From assembly GCA_002633005.1 (NCBI GenBank), contig NMRA01000084.1, positions 837,267 to 901,266 on the forward strand: a stretch of DNA of 64,000 nucleotides. Direction: 5' to 3'. Positions 15,301 to 23,700 of the stretch are shown here, one piece after another; the first letter of the stretch is position 1, and the number at the start of each line of letters is the position of its first letter. A model generated the notes under the pieces. That model saw nothing but the letters and a program-made list of their open reading frames with translations, was not told the origin of the DNA and did no database searches. The stretch is from Phoronis australis. Lineage: Eukaryota > Animalia > Phoronida. A program made the position numbers and the translations under genes.

Positions 15301-18300
15301 TGTGTCTGTGATTGGCCAGGGAATACTGTGTGTCATCCCGCTTCCACGGACAAATGTCCTCTGTCTGTAACATCACCGAAGACGCCCAGAACATCCACGT
15401 CAGGTGAAAAATTTATTCAGCCATCTTCTTCATCTTTGGTAAGGTGTCTTTATTTGAGGATATCAAATGTTAATGGAGAATCTTCTCTTTTCCAAATACC
15501 GTCACAAACATCGATGTAACAGTTAGCCAGTTCTCTGAAACAGTTCCGTTATCCGAAAATTAAATAATTTATCTGACATGCTCTCCATCACTATTTAGAT
15601 CAACGGCAGAGGTGCTGGCCGTAATTTTGGAAAGACGCAGTCACATAACGACGACGACAACCATTCCAATAACTTCCAATAATATACACGTGTGCTTGTA
15701 AATTTAACCAAACAAACATTATAATTCAATACTTCCATCCGTATGTCATTTGAGCTAATGATTACGCCCAAAATCATAGTTTTTTGTGATAGTGATACTC
15801 ACGTATCCGTTAACAAATTTTAAGTCATCCGAAATGAATTGCCCATTTTCAATTTTATAAATTCTCGAATGTTATGTTTTAGGTAGTGGCGGCACAGCCA
15901 CACCCAAGGCGTCAACGTCTCCGTCATCAGGTATTTAATTTATAGTTTTGCGTGAATTAGAACAGCGTATTGGTACGAATATATATTAATTATTAGAGTT
16001 CACCATGGCAACTCTTAGGAGAAGCGAACACTCCCAAACGAGTATTTTCGGGAGTTGAAAGCTATTTTTCGCAACTGACAGGTTTCGTAAACAAATGACT
16101 TTACGTGACAATGTTTACCAGTTTTAAACCTAGAAATAGTGATTTACTAACTTCTATACAGTGATACAAAATGACACTTGTTATCAGAGTTTAAAACAAG
16201 TAAATTGTCGTTACGTTACAGGCAGTGGCAGTACAGTTAGCGGCAGCAGTGGTAGTGTTACAACATCGAAGACGTCACCAACTTCATCATCAGGTATTTG
16301 TGTTATTATTTATCGTGACTGTTACAGCACAGTCGTGTTTTATAACGAAGTGACTCCTAAAAACTTCTGTTGAGTCCCTTGATGGAATCGATCTGGGTCT
16401 GATTCCATCTTATATAGTGTTTTGTAATGAGACCTGTTGCATAACGATGACAACGACAATTCCACGTTGCATCAACTCCCGAATAACGTACAATAATGTA
16501 CATGCATATCAATTTAAACAAACATTTTCATTCAGCACTTTCTTGCCAGATGCCATTTTGGCTAATTACTACTACCAAAATAATAACTTTCTTGTTGTAA
16601 TACTACCATACCAGTTACTAAATGTTTCATTATCAGAAATGATTTCTCATATTCGATTATATAAATTCTCGAATGTTATGTTTCAGGTAGTGGTAGTACT
16701 CAGGGTGGCAGCACTGGTGGTGTCACGGCCACACCCAAGGCGTCAACGTCTCCATCATCAGGTATTTGATTAATAGTTTTGTGTGGGTTACAGCAGCATA
16801 TTGATACGGAAAGTCTGTTTATCATTGTAATTTACTACGGTTACCCTTGTGGAATAACAAAAACCCGAAAAACGAGTAATTTTTGGATATTTGTTTTCAA
16901 AATATCTGCTATTACCTTTTTTGACGTTTGAAGCTGTGTTCACAGGTGGCCAGGTGGCAGGTTTCGTAAACTAATGACCGTACGTGGCAATTTTGACCAG
17001 TTTTCGACCTGTAAGGAATGATTTACTAATATTCATGCAGTGATACAAAATAACATTGTTATCAGAGATAAAAATATAAATTGTTTTTACATTTCAGGCA
17101 GTGGCAGTACAGTTAGCGGCAGCAGTGCTGGTGTTTCAACATCGAAGACGTCACCAACTTCATCATCAGGTATTTCTCTCATTATTTATCGTTGCTATTG
17201 CAACAGTGTCCTATTTCTAAGAATGTCACTGCTATAATTTTCTGTACAGATTCTTGACAAAATTGATTTCTTCAAGAACCCTAGTGGATGAGAATGTTAG
17301 TTAGCGCACTATCTTTGATCAAATCCCGTTTGTTTGTTGTCATTGCGATACATCAATTCCCATAATGATTTTTGACACTGGCATTATAACCACCGCCATG
17401 AATTCCTTATTATGTACATGAAGGTAATATAAAATTGACAGCGTTCGAAATGCATAGTTGCAGAAGCTTTAAACTATACTTGTTTCAGTGGCATACATGT
17501 TATGTTGTTATGCAAATGTCCGTCTATTTCACTGCAGGGGGTTCGAAACCTACCGTTTAGTTGTTTATTCGAGTGCTTAATCGTTTCTACAGGCGGAAAA
17601 GGATATTGCGAGGACAATGGACACCGCTATACTAGCTCAAATCGAGACTGCACTTGCTTTCATCAACTTGACACGACCAATGGCAATGAAGGATACCACA
17701 GATGTCCAGATGGTACCATATTCAACACCGCTATATGTGTCTGTGATTGGCCAGGGAATACTGTGTGTTATCCCGCTTCCACGGACAAATGCCCTCTGGT
17801 TGTAACAACACCAAAGACGCCCAAAACATCCACTTCAGGTGAGGAACGTATTCAGTCATCTCCTACATCTTTGGTAACGTGCCTTTATTTGGGGAAAGCA
17901 AATGTTAATGGAACAAATTCTCTTTTCTGCAATACCGTCACCGAGCTCGATGTAACAGTTAACCCGTTACCTGAAACAGTTCCCCTCTCCAAAATTCAAC
18001 AATTTAACTGACATGCTCTTCAACACTATTTTGATCATCGGCAGAGGTGCCGGCAGTAATTCTGTAAAGACGCCGTCACATAACGACGACAGCAACCATT
18101 CCAACGTGTATAAACTCCCCAGTAACGTCCAATAATTTCACGTCCTGTGTTCATAAATTTAACCAAACAAACATTTTCATTCAATACATTAATTAATTGT
18201 GTTGTATGTGTTACAGCAGCGCATTAATACGGAAAGTTTGATGATTTGTACAATTTAATATTTTGCCCTTGGTGTATAACAAAACTGTAAGAAAGACTAA

Positions 18301-19821
18301 TTGCCGCAGCTATCTAGTCCTGAGGTTTAAAGCTTTTTTGTGTCCAAGTGGTTAGTTTGTTATCGAGACAACCCTACTTGCCAGTTTTGACCATTTTTCA
18401 ATCTGAAAAGAGCGATTCACTAATATTCATGTAGTGATACAAATACTCAACTTAAATAAAAATAAGGGTTAGCCATATTCATTCGGGAAGTGAGTAAATT
18501 AGTGTTACGCTCACTACAGGCGTTAGCAGTACAGCTGGTGGCGGCAGTGGGGTAGTTACAACATCTAAGACGTCACCAACTTCATCATCAGGTATTTGTG
18601 TTAGTATTTATCGTAATTACTGCAACATTGTCCCCCTTTTTAAGAAAGTGGCTGATTTTCTGTACAGATTCTTTACAGAATTGATGTCTAAATGGCACAC
18701 ATTAAGTGAAAAAGTTACATAGCACCTGCCACTATCTTTGGTCAAAATCCATTTGTTTGTTGTCAGTAGGATGCATGTTAAAATCTCTGTCATGTTTTTT
18801 GTCATCTGAATTAAATAAACAATATTTTCATTGAATACATAGCTTGAAGGAAGTCGTTTTCGATAATTACTACGACCATAGTAATTTTCATATCATTGTT
18901 CTCCAATATCAGTTGCCAAATGTTTAGTCACCAGTAATGTAAGATTACCCGTATTGGATTTTAAAAAATCTCGAACGCTATGTTTCAGGTAGTGGTAGTA
19001 CTCAGGGTGGCAGTACTGGTGGTGTCACACCCACACCCAAGGCGTCAACGTCTCCGTCGTCAGGTATTTGATTAATTGCATTGTATGTGTTACAGCAGCG
19101 CATTGCAATCTATCTTGCTGTGATCACACTTTGTGGCGTTGCCCAGCTGTGTTAGTACTTTGGTGCCGAGGTTAAATTTAGGCAAATTCTTCAAAGATTG
19201 TTGGAAACATCGTTTTTGTGCGAGTATCTATTATGGATCATCAATTTTTTTACCTTTTGCAGTTGTCTCATTATTCTGCCAAGAACGCAGTCTTCACTTG
19301 CCAACTATAAATACTATTCTGTAGTTCGAAGCGTAATGACAAAAGCTCGAACGTCAACGACTCCATCTTGAGCTGTTTTTATGTAGCGGTGCCACTTGTT
19401 TTACACCTTCTTATCTTGCAAACCAATTTTAGATTGTAGTTTTTCTATGTAGGCTTATTGCTGCCTTTTCTTACGCTTAAATCTCTTTGCTTGCTTAAAG
19501 TAGCTTGCGGGTATGATGACAGCATTTCTTTAATCGATTAATTTCGCTCAGTTACCTGTGTGCGTGCTGTTTGAAAGAGGTTCCATGTAAAAGTTTCAGG
19601 AAGCGATTTTTGTGAGAAGAACGGAAATCGTTACACCATCGCAAACCTAGACTGCACGTGCTTCCATCAACTCGACACGACCAACGGTAATGAAGGATAC
19701 CACAGGTGTGCGAACGGTACTACATTTAATACACTGACGTGTGTATGTGATCGGCCAGGAAACACAGTGTGTCGCCCAGCATCTTCCGATGTCTGCCCAT
19801 TGGTCACATCGCAACTTCCCG
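86..19821 (+). CDS. Modular chitin-binding (CBM14/peritrophin-A-like) mucin/proteoglycan-like gene; 5' part lies upstream of the window, true 3' end uncertain
   Basis: 22 exons with AG/GT boundaries, all phase 1-1 with lengths divisible by 3 (2775 nt, about 925 codons). Order A-B-A-C-B-A/B-C-B-C-B-A-C-B-A-C-B-C-B-A-B-C-A. A = C-x13-CxC-x15-CPxGxxFN-x3-CxCD(W/R)P-x4-C-x7-C domain; B and C = Ser/Gly/Thr linkers. Confidence 0.85.
584..655 (+). CDS. Possible diverged 72-nt linker exon
   Basis: ttatttgcag|CC GTA GGT GGT ACT AGT...|gttagt. Open, phase 1-1 and the same length as the B exons, but the sequence is diverged. Confidence 0.35.
2493..3372 (+). pseudogene. THAP zinc-finger remnant of the ISL2EU transposase ORF (2 exons, intron 2683-3327)
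   Basis: YYC*FPWCKSLTGGHKFPKD...WTTAVNR...W...VCS...DYTTLLG|KKKQLKPTA*PSI; in-frame stops. Confidence 0.7.
3740..5770 (-). pseudogene. SAP + YqaJ (lambda-exonuclease-like) ORF remnant of the ISL2EU element
   Basis: QLNLRLRKKGASMRGSKHDLIQR|gtaag (SAP-like, ~5681-5750). AVLHGTMCKSVALEKCE...CASGVSVYPDELYLTATQISLVGED and LKLKKT*SH...VFTFKGLIV...KLDLFYKRF (YqaJ-like, ~3750-4180). Many stops. Confidence 0.65.
6349..6815 (+). mobile_element. Partial LTR related to the solo LTR at 19840
   Basis: Collinear shared blocks CGCCCTCT(A/G)GTGG, TTTGGACATG, CTGATTGG, TATA-like GTATTTAAG, CACGAG..GAGTC..CCAGT(T/C)GCAGAG, AATAAA. Termini not recognisable. Confidence 0.45.
6856..6927 (+). CDS. Linker exon B1
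   Basis: ttacag|72 nt|gtattt; GSGSTAGGSSAGVSTSKTSPTSSS. Confidence 0.8.
7339..7584 (+). CDS. Chitin-binding domain exon A2
   Basis: ccacag|246 nt|gtgagg; 8 Cys, CVCDWP. Confidence 0.85.
8069..8143 (+). CDS. Linker exon C1
   Basis: ttttag|75 nt|gtattt; GSGSTQGGGTGGVTATPKASTSPSS. Confidence 0.8.
8664..8735 (+). CDS. Linker exon B2
   Basis: tcacag|72 nt|gtatat. Confidence 0.8.
9238..9504 (+). CDS. Chimeric exon A3 (domain exon fused in frame to the 3' half of a B exon)
   Basis: ccacag|267 nt|gtattt; ...CPVVVTTPKTPR-TTSKTSPTSSS, followed by B-type intron sequence. Confidence 0.8.
9900..9980 (+). pseudogene. Dead, truncated A exon
   Basis: Acceptor mutated CACAG>CACAT (9898-9899). GYCEENLKRYALSNRDYTCFHQL, then a deletion into downstream intron sequence. 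Confidence 0.75.
10242..10301 (+). CDS. Linker exon C2 (60 nt, in-frame 15-nt deletion)
   Basis: ttttag|GT AGT GGC GGC ACT...TCA G|gtattt. Confidence 0.75.
10632..10703 (+). CDS. Linker exon B3
   Basis: ttacag|72 nt|gtattt. Confidence 0.8.
10882..12313. mobile_element. Non-autonomous ISL2EU-type element with a nested insertion
   Basis: TIRs TCACCTATTTCACGAA...TTCGTGAAAGAAGTGA with AT TSD. The empty site is visible in the paralogous intron at ~16460-16480. THAP start MVYCAVPERTNYSNISSVSF|HTFSKE...KEWLRRVK is split by the nested element. Confidence 0.8.
11043..12075. mobile_element. hAT-like MITE nested in the THAP remnant (spans assembly gap 11954-11996)
   Basis: TIRs CAGGGATATAC...GTATATCCCTG; subterminal CTCGCCC/GGCGAG repeats; flanks CCTTCC / ACTTCC. 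Confidence 0.65.
12533..12607 (+). CDS. Linker exon C3
   Basis: tttcag|75 nt|gtattt. Confidence 0.8.
12944..13015 (+). CDS. Linker exon B4
   Basis: ttacag|72 nt|gtagtt. Confidence 0.75.
13545..13790 (+). CDS. Chitin-binding domain exon A4
   Basis: ccacag|246 nt|gtgaaa; 8 Cys, CVCDWP. Confidence 0.85.
14291..14365 (+). CDS. Linker exon C4
   Basis: ttttag|75 nt|gtattt. Confidence 0.8.
14695..14766 (+). CDS. Linker exon B5
   Basis: tcacag|72 nt|gtattt. Confidence 0.8.
15158..15403 (+). CDS. Chitin-binding domain exon A5
   Basis: ccacag|246 nt|gtgaaa; nearly identical to A4. Confidence 0.85.
15883..15930 (+). CDS. Linker exon C5 (48 nt, two in-frame deletions)
   Basis: ttttag|GT AGT GGC GGC ACA GCC...TCA G|gtattt. 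Confidence 0.7.
16222..16293 (+). CDS. Linker exon B6
   Basis: ttacag|72 nt|gtattt. Confidence 0.8.
16687..16761 (+). CDS. Linker exon C6
   Basis: tttcag|75 nt|gtattt. Confidence 0.8.
17098..17169 (+). CDS. Linker exon B7
   Basis: tttcag|72 nt|gtattt. Confidence 0.8.
17593..17838 (+). CDS. Chitin-binding domain exon A6
   Basis: ctacag|246 nt|gtgagg; 8 Cys, CVCDWP. Confidence 0.85.
18520..18591 (+). CDS. Linker exon B8
   Basis: ctacag|72 nt|gtattt; GVSSTAGGGSGVVTTSKTSPTSSS. Confidence 0.75.
18989..19063 (+). CDS. Linker exon C7
   Basis: tttcag|75 nt|gtattt. Confidence 0.8.
19600..19821 (+). CDS. Chitin-binding domain exon A7 (diverged; not in the ORF track)
   Basis: tttcag|222 nt|gttcgt; GSDFCEKNGNRYTIANLDCTCFHQLDTTNGNEGYHRCANGTTFNTLTCVCDRPGNTVCRPASSDVCPLVTSQLP. 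Confidence 0.8.
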
Positions 19822-19839
19822 GTTCGTATGTTATAGTAT

Positions 19840-20479
19840 TGTAACAGGAGTGCCCTGAACATGATTGTGTAAGATATATGCGCCCTCTAGTGGTCAAGCT
19901 GTGTATTACGTATGGAATTTTCCTATGATGTTGAGTCCTTTGGACATGGCCAAATATGGTCAGAAGCTAGGAGCTATGGGCCTTGCCCTTCAGATCGTGT
20001 CTGATTGGTTGAAATTGTGTACTTAAGCTTTGTCTCTGTCAGACACGAGGAGTCCAGTCGCAGAGTTCAAGAAGAAAACATTTACACCTTCACTCACACC
20101 AAATTGCGACTGTTTGTGCAGCTTTGGGCTCCTCCCGAACTTGGTTGCCAACAGTTTAGCCCCATGCAATTCTCGGGCTCCTCCCGAGCTTGATTGCATC
20201 TCACCTTTCGGATCTGAATAACCAAATTGCCCCGTTCTTGCACACACAACTATTAATCAGCGACTGGCTTGCCCGTGTATCAGAACTGTATAAATCACAA
20301 CGCTGCGATACTAAGTTATGGAACAACTGGATTGCTTGTAAGTGTGGAATATTGTAGTTATATATTCTCACAATAAACCTATGTATTATTCGCTAACTTT
20401 TAGTTTTCAACATCACCCTCAGTCCGCACCGGGCTCGTAAAATCGGGGCGCCTTGGTCGTAGATACCGCCCCCGTTACA
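19840..20479 (+). mobile_element. Solo LTR, 640 bp (Gypsy-like by its 4-bp TSD)
   Basis: TGTAAC...GTTACA termini; GTAT duplication at 19836-39 and 20480-83; internal ATTGG box, TATA-like GTACTTAAG, AATAAA. Confidence 0.85.
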
Positions 20480-20810
20480 GTATCATACGTACGTTTTAGG
20501 AACTCTGTGGTGTGTGAATCGCTAGCGGATGTAAGATCTGGTCGCAAGAACAAACTTTCCGCAGTTAAAGTATTATCGTGACCCCTAATACAACATGCTG
20601 AGGGCGTTCTCATCGTATGCAGAGGCGTGTGTGTCACCCCCCCACNACTAAATCCGCCCGTGTGCATTGTAATGAGATGTGATTTCTTCTGAAGGTTTTT
20701 CGCATGCGAATGGAAATAACAGTCAAGTTGACAATTATTTGTCCACTGCTTCAGTACAAGACATTTGCTACTCATACATATATAAGCACTATCACTCGAT
20801 GATTTTTCAG

Positions 20811-20985
20811 TTCCTGAACCTGAACCGACCAGACCATAGCAAACGGCGACTCCACTCGGTTTCACCAGATGGGTCACAGGCACTTACGGAACTCTCACCT
20901 GCTCGGCTGATTTGAAGCTTAATGTAGATCCAAAAATATGTGTATGTGATCAACCTGGCAATACAAAACGCACCTGGCAGTTACT
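20811..20985 (+). pseudogene. Frameshifted, Cys-depleted chitin-binding exon (psi-A8)
   Basis: ttttcag acceptor; TIANGDSTRFHQM / GTLTCSADLKLNVDPKICVCDQPGNTK lie in different frames. Confidence 0.6.
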
Positions 20986-21474
20986 AAATAATAGCCCATA
21001 CACGATTGTTGTGCTTGTTCGTGTATTTAAAGTGAAATTATCGGCGACCGTGAGTCTGCATGTGATTTCCTTGTATCTTAAGAGTACAGTTAAAACTGAT
21101 AAGGCCACCAGTCTCGATTTCAATTAATTCTACCTAATGGCGGGATGTAAGCGTCTGGCATTAACGATTTCTAATAAATTACAAAAACACAATGAATTTT
21201 GCTGTTTTATAGCTATGGTAATAACTGAAAGAAGTCGTGTCTTAAGTAAACTATAATCCAAAAAACGCACTTTAGCCCTAAACAGATTGTCTCTTTAGTC
21301 AGAAAAGTTCAGCATACGTCCAGGCTGGGTTTCTCGATGCACATAAATTATACGCGTTTTCTCTCACGGAATGACATCATCTGCCTCAAAACTGAACAAA
21401 TGACAAGAGCACTAATTATGACAGGAAGTTAATCAGAAATCTGCAAGATAGTGCCCGAACTATAGCATACTAAC

Positions 21475-21475
21475 A

Positions 21476-21507
<32 letters not shown>

Positions 21508-21515
21508 CACACACA
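21475..21515. repeat. (GCAC)n/(AC)n microsatellite
   Basis: Directly visible. Confidence 0.9.
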
Positions 21516-22195
21516 TTTAAATATATTATAAACATACAAAACTATCTATAACACACAAACCCAACAGCCAGCTACACTACTGTGTAACACTTTCACAATA
21601 CAATTAGACGCCACTTTTTAGCTTCTATGCCCAAAGCGAACAACATGAGAAAAAACAATTTGAGTCAACGACAGGAACCCTGGGTGCAAACCACGGCAAC
21701 ACAGAGGATCACACGGTTAACAAAAGATTAAATGAATTTAAAATCAACCATTTTTCAGCGCATTAAAATTCTGCATTTCCTGTTTTTTCTCCTATTCAGC
21801 TACCCAAAAAATATACAAACATAGCCACTTGCTCTCCAGAAATATATAGTTCAACATTTTTTTACCGCCGTGACAACGTTTTATTTTTATTGCCACAAAG
21901 AAAATCCAAAGCATTTACTAGTACAAGCCAAGAAGTTTTAACAAATCATAGGGTTGGCCAGTCATTCCGAAATTTCAACCACTTCAATTCGATGCCAGTT
22001 GTGCATTACAACTAAACGTTAAAAATGTTGCTAACACAGCAGGAGGAATTGTAAGTACAGTTTTCATAGGATTAATTGGCATATTTCTTGATTTCACATC
22101 AAACCAGTTAGCATATGGGAAAGAACAGTATACACTTTAATTGAAAGAATTGACATCGTACCGCTATTAATTGTAATTCTGTTTCAATAAATTTC

Positions 22196-23700
22196 TTAAC
22201 GTGAATTTCTGACTTTTGATGTCGCTATTGTTTTCTTTACGTCTTTCATCATGGTGTAGTGGTGTCCGTCGACGTTAACAACTAGTACCGGCTTACAACA
22301 CACGCGTTGGGTACCTTAGTCACGTCCGTGGGCTTGTACTTCAGCTAGGGCTTCCGCCAGGGGACCATCAGTTAACAATGCAGAAGATTTTGTAAATGTT
22401 CGAACCTGAAATTTTGCGAAGCTGACATATCATGCTCTTGACAGAAATACACAAACAACTGAAAGCTCGGAGCAGGTAAAAGTTCTTTCGAGTGGTAAAT
22501 GCTTGAGAAGTATCTTAAAACAAGCGACCGTGACCAGCCGTCGACAAGAGAATGATGGAACTCAAATAAACCTAATACATTTCTCGGCCGATCTTCATCA
22601 GGACAAATTGCATGAGATCACCATTCATATTAAAACCCTTCGCCTTATCGGCTTCCACAAATAGCATTTCCTGTTCATGTGGGTTCTCCCAAACCCCGAA
22701 TTTCCCACATAGGGTTTGTATTTCGACGAACACTTAAGTTGTCTCACTGAGTGGTTCTCTGCATCAATTACCAAGCTTGTCCGTAAAGCAGGGTGATTCT
22801 CTATAACTTTGTTCCATGCAGACTTAAATCTTTCAATTTCAAGTCTACCGGAAATATGTAAACAGTACTGCACCAAATAAGAAATCTTGACTCGAAGGAG
22901 CAAATAAATAAAACCTCCCTGGAGCGGCGTACAAGAATAAACATCTTCAATTTCGTTCACTTTTGCGGCTTTCATTGTGGTTTCGATCGAGGTAAAATGT
23001 GGAGCAAGATATAAATTGGAAGATTTTATTTGATTACTGCCAAGCTTCAAGGATTTCACGATGTTCTCTGTTGCTCTTTTTCACGCTTGGGTTAGTAACT
23101 GGATGGTTTCTCGTGGATGAACAACTTCGCTGAACAGACATACGCCTTATAAACGACCATTAGAAACATTGCACTCGATGGCTAGATTATGCGAAATTCT
23201 TTCACTCTTCCGCTGGTTGTTATAGATATAATCGCCGTCCGCGCAGACTTCTCACAAGCTATTGTTGGTGAAGAACTGCCTAGCACTACCATGGTAGATA
23301 GACAACATGGTGTTGTTGATTGAATCGTGGATTATCGCCCTTTCTTAAGAAACTTCATGGCAACATAAGGCATGGCTTGTCGGGGAATACTTCTGATACG
23401 ACGTTTTATTCCTTCTAGCTGTTTCAGCGTGTCGTCAGTTCTGCTACCAACGACCACAGTAACTTGGAAGTCTGTTTACGCCTAAATGTACGTCAGTCAT
23501 CTGCATCAAAACGGAAACTGGAGGTCTCGAATAATGACGGCAACACACCCGTACAGCTGCGAGTGATACTGTGTTTATCAGACAGTAATAACGGGATTCA
23601 ACTAACAACGATATAATACAGCAGTGACTGTGTGAGAAAGTTGGCCAACAAGTAGCTTTTTAAAAAGTTCTCGTCTTCTGTCTGGTCAGTAATGATGGAC
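22196..23700 (-). pseudogene. Nonribosomal peptide synthetase relic (E domain end - C domain - probable TE end)
   Basis: E-like: LKQLEGIKRRIRSIPRQAMPYVAMKFL and SHNLAIECNVSNGRL*GVCLFSEVVHPRETI. C: IEDVYSCTPLQGG...YLVQ...SGRLEIERFKSAWNKVIENHPALRTS, ADKAKGFN, FHHSLVDGWS (22560-22531). TE-like: VLVVNVDGHHYTMMKD...*. Multiple stops and frameshifts; no introns. Confidence 0.85.

Noticed and set aside
7363-17805. Alternative-frame ORFs (MEKDIAKKMETAIPSQ..., VVVVLRVAALVV...) over A and C exons
   Set aside because: Shadows of the real exons; they recur only because the exons are duplicated
6856-19063. Regularly spaced repeats as a CRISPR-like or non-coding array
   Set aside because: The repeats are splice-bounded in-frame exons, and the intervening sequences are themselves homologous introns
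22625-23059. 144-aa ORF as an intact gene
   Set aside because: Open window within a frameshifted NRPS relic; the catalytic motif lies outside it, beyond further frameshifts
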